Made by a program: the position numbers and the translations under genes. The notes beneath the pieces were generated by a model. It saw only the letters and a program-made list of their open reading frames with translations, was not told the DNA's origin and made no database searches. Below are positions 49,202-58,513 of a stretch of DNA of 64,000 bases, piece after piece; position 1 is the first letter of the stretch; every line of letters begins with the position of its first letter. The DNA lies in IMG/VR virus record IMGVR_UViG_3300001528_000230, positions 2,918 through 66,917 of that record. One strand, written 5' to 3'. The DNA comes from a virus (lineage: Duplodnaviria; Caudoviricetes).

Positions 49202-49774
49202 CTATTCTTCAACCTCAAAAAGCTCCTGTATTAAGCCTAATCCACCAAAGCTAAAACTATTGATTTCACCGTTTTTGATTTGTTCAAAGAGTTCATAACA
49301 AACGATAAAACCTATTTTCCAAGTATTATCTGGATATTCTACACCATTAAAGGTAATAGTTTTGCGTTCAACTTCTGACTCAACAGGGTCGCCTAAATCC
49401 TCATTAAAATACATGTGGGTATAACCTACGTGGTATTTAGATAATTTAGAAATCTTAGATAGTATATCATCGACAGGTACATCTTGACCCTTCATAAAGT
49501 CAAGTACCATACTACTTAACTTATTAACCTCTTTTGTTTTACTACTTATATTACTTAGGTAAGACCATGCAAGCTCTTCAACGGCATCAGCTGTGATTAA
49601 CTCTCTATGGTAATCACCAAAGTCTTCACCACACTTAGAACACTTGTAATGGTCTTCATCAATGTATTCTATGTTTCCACATTTTAAACATTTGGTGAAA
49701 TACTTACCTGTAGACTCTTCTTTCCACAATGTAGTCTCATACACGATGCCTTTTACAAAGTTTTTTTCTTCCAT
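49202..49774 (-). CDS. Prohead protease (XkdF-like) with Zn-ribbon insertion
   Basis: VKGIVYET, ITADAVEELAW, GYTHM (His), TWKIGF, IKNGEINSFSFGG (Ser); CxxC-CxxC insert. Confidence 0.75.
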   Translation of the reverse strand: MEEKNFVKGIVYETTLWKEESTGKYFTKCLKCGNIEYIDEDHYKCSKCGEDFGDYHRELITADAVEELAWSYLSNISSKTKEVNKLSSMVLDFMKGQDVPVDDILSKISKLSKYHVGYTHMYFNEDLGDPVESEVERKTITFNGVEYPDNTWKIGFIVCYELFEQIKNGEINSFSFGGLGLIQELFEVEE

Positions 49775-51246
49775 TATCTTACAACTCCACCGTAATTACC
49801 CTTAGGTTTACTGCTTGCATCAGGTGACTCAGGTTCAGTTAACTCACCCATGGTATTACCTTTCTTACCGTCTAGGTTTAAATAATCTGGTTCTTGCATA
49901 GCTGGGTAGTTCAAGTTGTTAATACTATTGATTTCACCTCTAGCCTGAGCCTTTTCGTATTCCTCAATAGATGGAATAGGTGATAGTTTACCCAAGAATT
50001 TACGTTGTAAATAATTATTAAGCTCATAGGTATTAGTAAGAAGTGGACCACAACTTTTACCAACAGACTGTATAAACCAGCTTACAGCCGTTAGGTCTAA
50101 ATCGTCTAGGTTTCCATACTCAAGGTACGGCATATAATTAAAATCTAAGTTGTTTACCTCAAAGATTTGTGGTATTAACTTAGTATTAATCTGCTCTTTA
50201 ACCTCTTCAAATAACAACCCAAGGAAGGATTTAAAGATGTTAGTTTTAGTAGAACCACCTTCACTTGCTTGGTATACCTTGGATTTACCCAAGAAAGAGT
50301 CAGCCAATAAGACTAACACAATCTCTGTATTGTATCTGTCTATCATGGTATCAGGGTTCAAACCTGTGCCAGCTTTACCTTCATTAAGTGTAATCGCAAA
50401 GTCTTTTAATGCTGGTCGTAATATCCCTGCCTGTTTACCCTGTTTTACGTTTTTAATAAAGGCTTCTAAGTTTTTAGCTAGTTCACTTGGGGTATTAGTG
50501 ATTGGGTCTTTAACCAAGTATTTAGATGGGCACGCAATATCTATAAACCCACCAAAACCACGTTCGAAAGCCTCGGATTGTATTCGTTGGATATTCTTTT
50601 TATACCAATAAGGCATAAAACACCCACGTAATACAGATTCACCCTCAGGGTTTTCATTATATGATTTCATCTTGAAGTGTAATAACTTCTCATAAGGTAT
50701 ATCTATATCGGCTGTATTAGTGGCTTGTTTAACACTTTTGATTTCACCTTGGTCGTTTATATCCCACTCTACAATAGAGCTTTGATATCTAGGTGAAAGT
50801 TTAGCGATACCAAATAATCCATCGTTAAACAGGGAGGATTTATTAGGGTTTTTGTTTTTACCCAAACGCTTTTTCCAAACTATTTCAGCTAAAGAGAACC
50901 CGTATTCAGACATCGTAAAAGCGTTGATTAGGAAGTCATTAAAGGATATACTCATATCTTTTAACAACATACCCTTAATAAGTTCGGCATACTCAATGGA
51001 TTTATCATTAGTTGCATCGCTAGGTAGTACATCCCAATCAGGTTTACAAGCGATGGCTTCCTTTGAGTTAATCCATGCACTTACATAAGGGTCGTTTTTA
51101 GAAATCTCAAGGATAAAATTCTTTTTTTTGTTACCCTTCCATAAATCTGATGGGTCTAAATTTACTTTTCCGTTAACATTGGCTAAATATATACCAGTTG
51201 AGCCTATTTCTTTTTCACTGGCTATGTTTTTACGACCTCTTGGCAT
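49774..51246 (-). CDS. Portal protein (Mu gp29/DUF935-like)
   Basis: YGFSLAEIVWK, NPEGESVLRGCFMPYWYKK, MIDRYNTEI motifs; follows TerL. Confidence 0.88.
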   Translation of the reverse strand: MPRGRKNIASEKEIGSTGIYLANVNGKVNLDPSDLWKGNKKKNFILEISKNDPYVSAWINSKEAIACKPDWDVLPSDATNDKSIEYAELIKGMLLKDMSISFNDFLINAFTMSEYGFSLAEIVWKKRLGKNKNPNKSSLFNDGLFGIAKLSPRYQSSIVEWDINDQGEIKSVKQATNTADIDIPYEKLLHFKMKSYNENPEGESVLRGCFMPYWYKKNIQRIQSEAFERGFGGFIDIACPSKYLVKDPITNTPSELAKNLEAFIKNVKQGKQAGILRPALKDFAITLNEGKAGTGLNPDTMIDRYNTEIVLVLLADSFLGKSKVYQASEGGSTKTNIFKSFLGLLFEEVKEQINTKLIPQIFEVNNLDFNYMPYLEYGNLDDLDLTAVSWFIQSVGKSCGPLLTNTYELNNYLQRKFLGKLSPIPSIEEYEKAQARGEINSINNLNYPAMQEPDYLNLDGKKGNTMGELTEPESPDASSKPKGNYGGVVR

Positions 51247-51314
51247 ATTATATTAAAGTTCTCCGATTACGCATCTATATAGCTATTATAGTAGGGGTGC
51301 TACTTTGGGTAATT

Positions 51315-54185
51315 TTAGTTCCATTTACCGTTGCTTACCGTAATAATAGGTATATCTGGGCAGGCACTATAACCGATTTCACCCACTGGTGCAAAAGCCA
51401 TTAAAACAGCATCGGCTAAATCTGGTGATTCTTTAATCTTGAGTCTCATACTGTCTTTGTCTAAAACTTGGATTTTACCCGTGTTGTTTTTCTTCCAAGT
51501 AGCACACAATAGGTGTTTCTTGAGTTTATCACTATTAGGTAGTAAAACAGGGTATTTAGTCGTATACTTATTGAGTAAATTACGCATATTAAACCAGAGT
51601 TCATCCCTCTTACGGTTATATGTTTGTTTTAATACTTTATCGTTTTCTTCATCCTCATAGGATAATAACTCTTCTTTTGGTAGACCTGCCCCACCCCCTG
51701 ACTGAATAGGATTTACAACCATATCGTATACCATAGCAAGGTGGTCATAAACTGGTTTACCAACACCATCTCGTTCAATATTACAGTAATCACAATGGTA
51801 TTCACGGTATAGCTTTACAACTAATTCTTCAAACTCAGGTGCAGACACATTGTTAATCCTTTCGAGGTATATAACTTTGTTCCCATCTCGTATACAAATA
51901 GAGTAGAAGTCTCGACCTGTACCACCCGAGATGTCTAATCCCATACTTCTTATACCCGATACGTGAAAACTAGGGTTATTATAATTGTTCATGCTGGTTT
52001 CCAAGTCTTTGCTACTAATAACGTTAGCACTGTCTGCTGTTGGAAACTCAGCTAAAACACGGGTTTTAAACTCATAGGATTCAGGGTTCATACCACATTT
52101 TACAAGTGTTTGGTAGGCAGAAATAGGGTTAATCATAGTATACGGAAGCTTGTCTAGGACTGCATCTTCCCACAAACCAGCTTCACCCCTTGCTTTACTA
52201 GCGTAGTAGTCTGTACCACAGTATCTATCCAGCTTTTTAATCCAGTGGTTATAATCACCCTCGGGTGCTAACATATCCTTGAGTGTAATCCCAGTTTCAA
52301 CAAAATTCGGGGTTTCAAAAGCAGAGACGGATATTTTAGTAAAAGGAGAATCTGGGCTAAAACTATTATAGAAGTTACCCGAAGGTCCGTCTGGGAGGGT
52401 TGTATTACCTAAGAGTATAAATTTACATTTACCACCTTGGAATACACCTTCAAACCCCGAATATGTTGACTCTGGTATACCTTGAGCTTCATCAAATACA
52501 ACCATAAGGTTTTTTGCGTGAATACCTGAGATTGCGTTACAATTATCGGTTGCAATACCCATGATGTAAGACTTTTTGTTGAACCAATACTCTGCTACAT
52601 TGGCTGATTCACTAAAGTTCTTGGATAAAAACGAAGCATTTTCACCGAATTGGGATTTAACATAGTTGTCTGCCCTGTCTGCAAAATCCTTGATATTAGC
52701 GAAAATAGAACGTCTAATCTGTGAAAAGACAGGTGCAGTTATAATAATTATGGTATCATTATCTGGGAGTTTAGACACGTTGGTAAAAAAGTACCAAAAG
52801 GCTGTAGCACCAACGATAAACGAGTTATGGTCATAAACTTCTGTTAAATAAGTATGAGTATTATCTACTTCGATACAAACAGTGGGTTGTAATCCAACAT
52901 TTTTAATGCTTTGAATACGCTCCCACATAAAATCGGGTGGGCAATTCAAGTATTGATACTTTTTGATTCTACGAGTGGATTTTAACCTAGCTGACTCTAA
53001 ACACTTATTAACAGCTTTTTCCTTACCGTAAATCCCTATTTGTTCACAAAAATCTATAATACTTTCTCGTTTAGCTATGGATAATTCCCAAGCATCGAAA
53101 ACCTTGCCACCACATTTAGAAGGTTTATGTCGAGTCCACGCTTCGATGCCAAAACGCATGAGTAATAACCTAATTTGTTGAATCAAATCGTAATTAGCGA
53201 GGGTAATACCTATCTTTGGTTCTAAAAAATCCGATTTCCATTCAGGGTGTCCTTCGTGTACTCTTTTAACTGTTCGGGTAACAGCATACCCGTCGCAAGC
53301 AAAAAACCTATTGAGTATTAATGCAATTTGGTGCAAAGGAAGACGTCCTACAAACTCTGGCATTAACTTTTCGGTTGACTTATGACCTGCTAAACCCCAT
53401 TGTCTAACAAGTTCTAAAACAGGGTTGCCACCTTTGGTTCCATCGCCTCTAACACTATAAGTATACTCTCTAGTTTTATTAACTTCTGAACCCAAGTTTT
53501 CACAAATCTGGATAAATTCTTTAAGCTGTTTGTTGTCTTCTTGGGTAAAAACAACAGAGGTTGTAGCTCCACCATCACCCAATATATAACCTAATAGTTT
53601 GGCTTCGTCATCTGTAAAATCAAACTTTGTAGGCTCTACTCTGTGGATTTTAGGAACCAAGATATAGTCACCTACTTCTAAATCCTCACAAGCAGTCCAA
53701 TCGTAAATAATAGGTTCTAGTGTTAATCTTCTACCATCAGGTAATACCCTATTACTTTTCTCTATTCTGGCTTTATAAAGTGGGTGGTTGTGGGTTCTGG
53801 TTATAATCTTGCCTGATTGCAACTTGATTTCGTAACACTCTTTTTCGCCATTATCTATAGCACGAGCTGTTTCGGAATATTGGGTATCAGTGTCTGGGTT
53901 GTAACTTAAAATATTAAACTCTTTGTCGATTAAGTCATAATTTTTAACTATTGTTCCATCGCCCAAAAGGCTGAAACCCTTGCTACACGGGCATTTCCCA
54001 ACACTATTACTGGTTTTAATACTTATCCTGTTGTTTTTACAAATGGTGTCTAACATCTTTCTTTGGTGTAACGGCATAGTAATACCTAACACCTCTTTAA
54101 AAAACATTTCTGGGTTCTTCTTCCATATAACCCTCTTTTTAGCAAACTCTCTTAGGGTTTCTTCTGTTGTCGGTTTTTTAGCCAT
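51315..54185 (-). CDS. terL: Terminase large subunit precursor containing an intein
   Basis: Spliced Walker A NSVGK|SF, Walker B VVFDEAQG, nuclease MGLDISGG and PDLADAV. Start ATG 54185 fits the AAGGAG RBS better than TTG 54194. Confidence 0.92.
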   Translation of the reverse strand: MAKKPTTEETLREFAKKRVIWKKNPEMFFKEVLGITMPLHQRKMLDTICKNNRISIKTSNSVGKCPCSKGFSLLGDGTIVKNYDLIDKEFNILSYNPDTDTQYSETARAIDNGEKECYEIKLQSGKIITRTHNHPLYKARIEKSNRVLPDGRRLTLEPIIYDWTACEDLEVGDYILVPKIHRVEPTKFDFTDDEAKLLGYILGDGGATTSVVFTQEDNKQLKEFIQICENLGSEVNKTREYTYSVRGDGTKGGNPVLELVRQWGLAGHKSTEKLMPEFVGRLPLHQIALILNRFFACDGYAVTRTVKRVHEGHPEWKSDFLEPKIGITLANYDLIQQIRLLLMRFGIEAWTRHKPSKCGGKVFDAWELSIAKRESIIDFCEQIGIYGKEKAVNKCLESARLKSTRRIKKYQYLNCPPDFMWERIQSIKNVGLQPTVCIEVDNTHTYLTEVYDHNSFIVGATAFWYFFTNVSKLPDNDTIIIITAPVFSQIRRSIFANIKDFADRADNYVKSQFGENASFLSKNFSESANVAEYWFNKKSYIMGIATDNCNAISGIHAKNLMVVFDEAQGIPESTYSGFEGVFQGGKCKFILLGNTTLPDGPSGNFYNSFSPDSPFTKISVSAFETPNFVETGITLKDMLAPEGDYNHWIKKLDRYCGTDYYASKARGEAGLWEDAVLDKLPYTMINPISAYQTLVKCGMNPESYEFKTRVLAEFPTADSANVISSKDLETSMNNYNNPSFHVSGIRSMGLDISGGTGRDFYSICIRDGNKVIYLERINNVSAPEFEELVVKLYREYHCDYCNIERDGVGKPVYDHLAMVYDMVVNPIQSGGGAGLPKEELLSYEDEENDKVLKQTYNRKRDELWFNMRNLLNKYTTKYPVLLPNSDKLKKHLLCATWKKNNTGKIQVLDKDSMRLKIKESPDLADAVLMAFAPVGEIGYSACPDIPIITVSNGKWN
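52824..53993 (-). mobile_element. Intein (390 aa) with LAGLIDADG homing endonuclease in the TerL P-loop
   Basis: Starts Cys (CPCSKG), block B TRTHNHPLY, LAGLIDADG blocks LLGYILGDG and LNRFFACDG, ends His-Asn followed by Ser+1. Confidence 0.92.
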
Positions 54186-54245
54186 AGTATACAATTCTCC
54201 TTAGTACCCCTATTATAGTAAAAACTATCACTTTACCAATTAGGG

Positions 54246-54274
54246 TTGACAACCCAACGTTTACACCCTATAAT
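54246..54274 (+). promoter_or_regulatory. Consensus sigma70 promoter, back-to-back with the terL promoter
   Basis: TTGACA (54246-54251), 17 bp, TATAAT (54269-54274); ATG only 9 nt downstream. Confidence 0.85.
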
Positions 54275-54283
54275 ATAAATAAG

Positions 54284-54778
54284 ATGTCAAGATACTTAAA
54301 TGCGTTAAAACAAATAGATATTAAATCCTTATTCGGTAAATCAAGGGGTCAAAACATTAAGGTTCCACCCGAATTTGTACAAAAGTTTGTAGAAATCTGG
54401 AATATTAACCACCCCAAGAATAAAATAAATGAGGATTTAGCCGTATTAGGTATTACTCATTTATGTCATACCGTAACGGCTATATTAGACAATGGGTTTG
54501 ACGTATTTATGCACCCTGTTTTATACTTTAAAACGTGGATACACGAACAAATCCTACCTTTAAACCGAAAAGATAGGGTTTATAAGAGTCGCATCTTTAA
54601 AATAAGATGGGTTGAAGTCATGATAATGGGTAGACTCATGACAGATTTACGCAGTTTACTTAATCCTAACGAGGAATACCAAGAGTTTATAGCCCAAAAG
54701 CAAGAAGTTTTTGAGCTTATGAACCAAAAAAGGTTTACAGAAAGATGTAAACGCAGAAAGTTGGCACGATATGTATAA
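54284..54778 (+). CDS. Divergent HU/IHF-like DNA-binding protein (weak)
   Basis: Helix-helix then LDNGFDVFMHPVLYF beta-arm and closing helix RLMTDLRSLLN; parallels the next gene. Confidence 0.45.
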   Translation: MSRYLNALKQIDIKSLFGKSRGQNIKVPPEFVQKFVEIWNINHPKNKINEDLAVLGITHLCHTVTAILDNGFDVFMHPVLYFKTWIHEQILPLNRKDRVYKSRIFKIRWVEVMIMGRLMTDLRSLLNPNEEYQEFIAQKQEVFELMNQKRFTERCKRRKLARYV

Positions 54779-55199
54779 CTATGAGAAGAACCCAACCCAT
54801 TTTAATTACACAGATATCGTTGACAACATGCACAGATTAGACCCGAGGTTTAGCAAAACAGTGTGTAGGTGGATTTTATCCACATTTATTGTTACCGTGC
54901 GATATTTTTTAAGGCATGGTATTACAATGCGTATCAAAGGGTTTATCCAGTGGTCAACCTTTAGAATATCAGCTCAAAAGATTGTAAGTGATAGCACTGG
55001 AGCTGAATATGATAGACCCGAGTATACAAGCATAGGTGTAAAAATTGATAGAGTATTAAAAGATACTTTAAATCGCAGAAGAACAGGTGAACGATATGGT
55101 GAACCCGTGGAAGTAGTAAGAGAAAGGGAATTATACAATGGACCAAAACGTAAACACAGACGTAAACAAAGGTATAGGTTCAGGGTTAAACACGATTAA
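54771..55199 (+). CDS. HU/IHF-like DNA-binding protein with basic tail
   Basis: LRHGITMRIKGFIQW...SDSTGAEYDRPEYTSIGVKIDRVLKDTLN matches the HU pattern G..v.i.gF...TG..i..p....lk..ln. Confidence 0.7.
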   Translation: MYNYEKNPTHFNYTDIVDNMHRLDPRFSKTVCRWILSTFIVTVRYFLRHGITMRIKGFIQWSTFRISAQKIVSDSTGAEYDRPEYTSIGVKIDRVLKDTLNRRRTGERYGEPVEVVRERELYNGPKRKHRRKQRYRFRVKHD

Positions 55200-55446
55200 G
55201 TATATACCAAAGGGTGTATGCTCAAAGTTTATCACTGTAGAAATAGAAGACAACATTATTAAAAGCATTGATTTTAAAGGTGGGTGTAACGGCAATGCCC
55301 AAGGTTTAACAGCTTTAGCCATAGGTCTACCCATAGATGAAGTCATAGAGAAACTCAAGGGTATCTCTTGTATGGGTAAAGGCACAAGTTGTCCAGACCA
55401 GTTAGCTCAATGCTTAACCAATTATTTAGAAACACAAAGAGGTTAA
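55138..55446 (+). CDS. TIGR03905-type TSCPD-domain protein
   Basis: PKGVCSK.I.VEIE...F.GGCNGN.QG...L.GI.C..KGTSCPDQLA. Confidence 0.88.
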   Translation: MDQNVNTDVNKGIGSGLNTIKYIPKGVCSKFITVEIEDNIIKSIDFKGGCNGNAQGLTALAIGLPIDEVIEKLKGISCMGKGTSCPDQLAQCLTNYLETQRG

Positions 55447-55447
55447 A

Positions 55448-55945
55448 ATGGCAGGATTAACACGTATAATTTTGCACTGGACAGCAGGTGCACCAAAACC
55501 ATGTAGTGCAGATTTAACGCACTATCACTATATTATAGACCAAAACGGGGTAGTACACACAGGAAAATACAAGCCTGAGGATAACCTCAACTGTGGTGAC
55601 GGCAAATATGCTCAACATACAGGGGGTGGAAACACAGGTAGCATAGGTGTTTCAATGTGTGGCATGTATAACTTTAGTAGTAGGACCAAAGTTGGACCAT
55701 ATCCGTTAACCAAAGTACAGGTAGAACGCTGTTTTAAACTTGTGGCTGAGTTATCTAAGAAGTATGGTATACCTATAACCAAAGACAATGTTATGACTCA
55801 TTATGAGTTCGGCAAGGCTCACCCTAAGACTACATCAGCAGGTAAAATAGACATTGTTTACTTACCTTGTTATCCAAATGTACAACAAGCTGAAGTAGGC
55901 GACTTTATTAGAAGTAAAGCCAACTGGTACAAAAGCAAAATTTAG
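55448..55945 (+). CDS. N-acetylmuramoyl-L-alanine amidase (Amidase_2), candidate endolysin
   Basis: RIILHWTAG, YHYIID, HTGGGNTGSIGVSMCG, VMTHYE...KID Zn-amidase motifs. Confidence 0.85.
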   Translation: MAGLTRIILHWTAGAPKPCSADLTHYHYIIDQNGVVHTGKYKPEDNLNCGDGKYAQHTGGGNTGSIGVSMCGMYNFSSRTKVGPYPLTKVQVERCFKLVAELSKKYGIPITKDNVMTHYEFGKAHPKTTSAGKIDIVYLPCYPNVQQAEVGDFIRSKANWYKSKI

Positions 55946-55978
55946 TAAAACCAAAAAGGGTTAGATAAACCCTAAGGG

Positions 55979-56007
55979 TTGACAGAAAATTTAACTTATG
56001 TTAGGAT
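55979..56007 (+). promoter_or_regulatory. Sigma70-type promoter
   Basis: TTGACA (55979-55984), 17 bp, TAGGAT (56002-56007); ATG at 56014, so near-leaderless. Confidence 0.65.
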
Positions 56008-56013
56008 AAGACC

Positions 56014-56682
56014 ATGAACGAATTTTATCAAATCTTAAATTTAGACGAGCGTGCAAGCCTCAAAGAAGTATGTCTAGCCTTTGATGTTTTAACCAAGGAT
56101 GAAAAAGACGTGGATAAACTCAAGGATTATAGACGAGCTTTTGAAACTATTATGTATGACAGGGCACCCGAATTGTTTGAGGGCGACCCTACCATATATA
56201 AAACCAATGAAGGTGAACCTATTTTGGACGAACCAGATTTTGTAGAACCAAAACTTGTAGAGTCAAAAAACTGTACACAAGAAACTTTTAGCATAGGTGA
56301 GCAAATCCCTGTAAATCTACTGAAAACGTTTCTACAAAAGGTAGAACATAAGGGTATTTTCTCCTCAAACAGTGTAAAAACAAAGGATTTAGAAACGTTT
56401 ATAGAAAACCTTGTAATCCATTATGATACAATGGCTGTGTTAATCCCTTCTTGTAGATGTGATGTCAAAGACATCAAAAAGGATTTACAAGCTATGTGCA
56501 AACCATTGAGTGAACAATATGGTATAGACTTCAAAATGACTTCATCTGGCGATATAATCTGTGTTAAAGCTGTACTACCTTATGATATATACTGCATGTT
56601 TACATCAATATTAGAAGGGTATTGTTCTAACACAGCGAATAAATACAACATTAAAGCTAGGATTACAACCTTAGGTGAATAG
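56014..56682 (+). CDS. Hypothetical protein with degenerate J-domain-like N-terminus
   Basis: FYQILNLDERASLKEV...DKLKDYRRAFETI resembles J-domain helices but has no HPD. Confidence 0.5.
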   Translation: MNEFYQILNLDERASLKEVCLAFDVLTKDEKDVDKLKDYRRAFETIMYDRAPELFEGDPTIYKTNEGEPILDEPDFVEPKLVESKNCTQETFSIGEQIPVNLLKTFLQKVEHKGIFSSNSVKTKDLETFIENLVIHYDTMAVLIPSCRCDVKDIKKDLQAMCKPLSEQYGIDFKMTSSGDIICVKAVLPYDIYCMFTSILEGYCSNTANKYNIKARITTLGE

Positions 56683-56697
56683 AAAGAATTAATCATA

Positions 56698-57432
56698 ATG
56701 CAAGTAAAAATAATAAGTGAACCAAACAATTTACTAAATGCCGTATATATAGGGGCTAGAAACTGCTATCACGCAGGTTCACCCTTAGATATAGATGTGG
56801 ATAATATCCCAAATGATAAGAAAATCAAGCTTGTAACCCAAATTTTAAAAATGGGTCATACCTCTATAATTGAGCACAATGCTATAACCTTTGCTATAGA
56901 GGGTATATCTCGCTCGTGCCTCGCCCAACTAACTCGCCACAGGGTTGGTTTCTCTTATTCGGTACAATCTCAAAGATATGTAGAGCTCAAGGAAGACCGA
57001 GAGTATATCCGTAGGTTATTAACTAAGTATCCATACGATGAGTTAACAGAACTAGCTGAAAAATACTTTGTATTAGACTGGGCTGACAACCCTTGTATTT
57101 ACTTAGAAAAGGGTGAAATCGCAAAGCTTTTACTTAAGTCGATTGATAATTATCTGTATGCTATCGAAATGGGTGCACCAGCAGAAGATGCACGCATGTT
57201 TTTACCTAATGCTATGAAAACCAATGTAGTTTTAACAACAAATTTACGAGCTTTGTCTAACTTTTGCAATGAAAGACTATGTGGTAAAGCCCAAGCAGAG
57301 ATACGTCAACTGGCTAATTGCTTAAAACAAGAGGTTTTGTTACACTATGAATGGTACAAAGATTTCTTAGTACCCAAATGTGTAAAAAACGGTAGATGTA
57401 CCGAGAAAGTGAGTTGTAAAACAAATGGTTGA
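56698..57432 (+). CDS. thyX: Flavin-dependent thymidylate synthase
   Basis: GHTSIIEH, TRHRVGFSYSVQSQRY (RHRx7SxR), EDARMFLPNA, AQAEIR. Confidence 0.95.
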   Translation: MQVKIISEPNNLLNAVYIGARNCYHAGSPLDIDVDNIPNDKKIKLVTQILKMGHTSIIEHNAITFAIEGISRSCLAQLTRHRVGFSYSVQSQRYVELKEDREYIRRLLTKYPYDELTELAEKYFVLDWADNPCIYLEKGEIAKLLLKSIDNYLYAIEMGAPAEDARMFLPNAMKTNVVLTTNLRALSNFCNERLCGKAQAEIRQLANCLKQEVLLHYEWYKDFLVPKCVKNGRCTEKVSCKTNG

Positions 57433-57586
57433 TATTACATCAAAGGGTAAAAAGCTATATATATCGCAGAGATACAGTGGTATCTGCGTGGATATAACCG
57501 AGTTGTCAAACAACGATTTAGAAAACCTAACTAATTTATTACTTGCAGAGCTACAGACTAGAGAGAGGTTGACCTATGTTAGATAA
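57425..57586 (+). CDS. Small hypothetical protein (53 aa, not in ORF track)
   Basis: ATG overlaps the thyX end; MVDITSKGKKLYISQRYSG...TYVR*; fills the gap exactly. Confidence 0.5.
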   Translation: MVDITSKGKKLYISQRYSGICVDITELSNNDLENLTNLLLAELQTRERLTYVR

Positions 57587-57797
57587 AAACAAAACAGTTG
57601 TGTGTTGTCCTATGTGTAAAACTTATTGGGTAGGTGAAACACTAGATAATACCCATGTTTATACAGAATATGGTATCACAGACATCTCTAAACCTATCTC
57701 TTGCATGAAATGTGGAACTCCTTACATACCTTTAACCCAAAGTGTAACCATGTATGACTTTGTAGCCGATGGGTTTACAAGGGTGAAAGGTGGCTAA
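57576..57797 (+). CDS. Small Zn-ribbon protein
   Basis: CPMC...CMKC; GAGG RBS. Confidence 0.65.
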   Translation: MLDKNKTVVCCPMCKTYWVGETLDNTHVYTEYGITDISKPISCMKCGTPYIPLTQSVTMYDFVADGFTRVKGG

Positions 57798-58023
57798 AAT
57801 GAAAGTTTGTGAATTAATCAAGCTTTTAAGCATGATGTCTAACCAAAATGCTGAAATCACAGTTAGTACCAAGGGTTGTACCCATGATATAACTAACATG
57901 GTTTACGATTTTAAGCACAACAGGTTAAAACTCATGTTATCCCAAGAGAAAACCTCTAGTTTTATAACAAATGAGGGTAATTCTAGTGGTTATACGAACA
58001 TTTTTGACAACATAAAAGTATGA
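57790..58023 (+). CDS. Hypothetical protein (77 aa)
   Basis: MKVCELIKLLS N-terminus common in small phage proteins. Confidence 0.6.
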   Translation: MAKMKVCELIKLLSMMSNQNAEITVSTKGCTHDITNMVYDFKHNRLKLMLSQEKTSSFITNEGNSSGYTNIFDNIKV

Positions 58024-58058
58024 AACAGGGGTTTAAGCCCTAAAATTTAGCAAATGAG

Positions 58059-58508
58059 GTGAAAACAAGACAAATGACAGACAATTTAACACAAAAAGTA
58101 TACTTAGTGCTTAAAAATGATGATGTAATCGCTGTTTTTAGCACTTATGATAAAGCAACTCACTACTGTGAAGTCCAAAATGAGGTAATACCTAGCTTTG
58201 CTAAACAAGATGAAGAACTCTATGTTTTAGAAAAAGAGGTTGATAGCCTTGAGATAGCTCCTAACAAAGTGGTTAAAACCTGTTGGGATTACGTTGTTTA
58301 TATCGACAAAGATGTATCAACCTATGGTGAAATCAAATATCTTGGCACCAAAAAGGATGTAGTAGACAACTCTAAAACCAGAGATGTAGAACACTTTGAG
58401 ACATACATAGGTTGTAGGTCATACATTTCTAAAGACCATGCGTATCAAACAGCTATGTTAGAACTTCAAATGTACGAACAACAAGCTTTGGTTACAGCAG
58501 GGGTGTAA
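58059..58508 (+). CDS. Hypothetical protein (149 aa)
   Basis: KVYLV...VIAVFSTYDKA motif common to phage proteins. Confidence 0.65.
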   Translation: MKTRQMTDNLTQKVYLVLKNDDVIAVFSTYDKATHYCEVQNEVIPSFAKQDEELYVLEKEVDSLEIAPNKVVKTCWDYVVYIDKDVSTYGEIKYLGTKKDVVDNSKTRDVEHFETYIGCRSYISKDHAYQTAMLELQMYEQQALVTAGV

Positions 58509-58513
58509 TTCCA

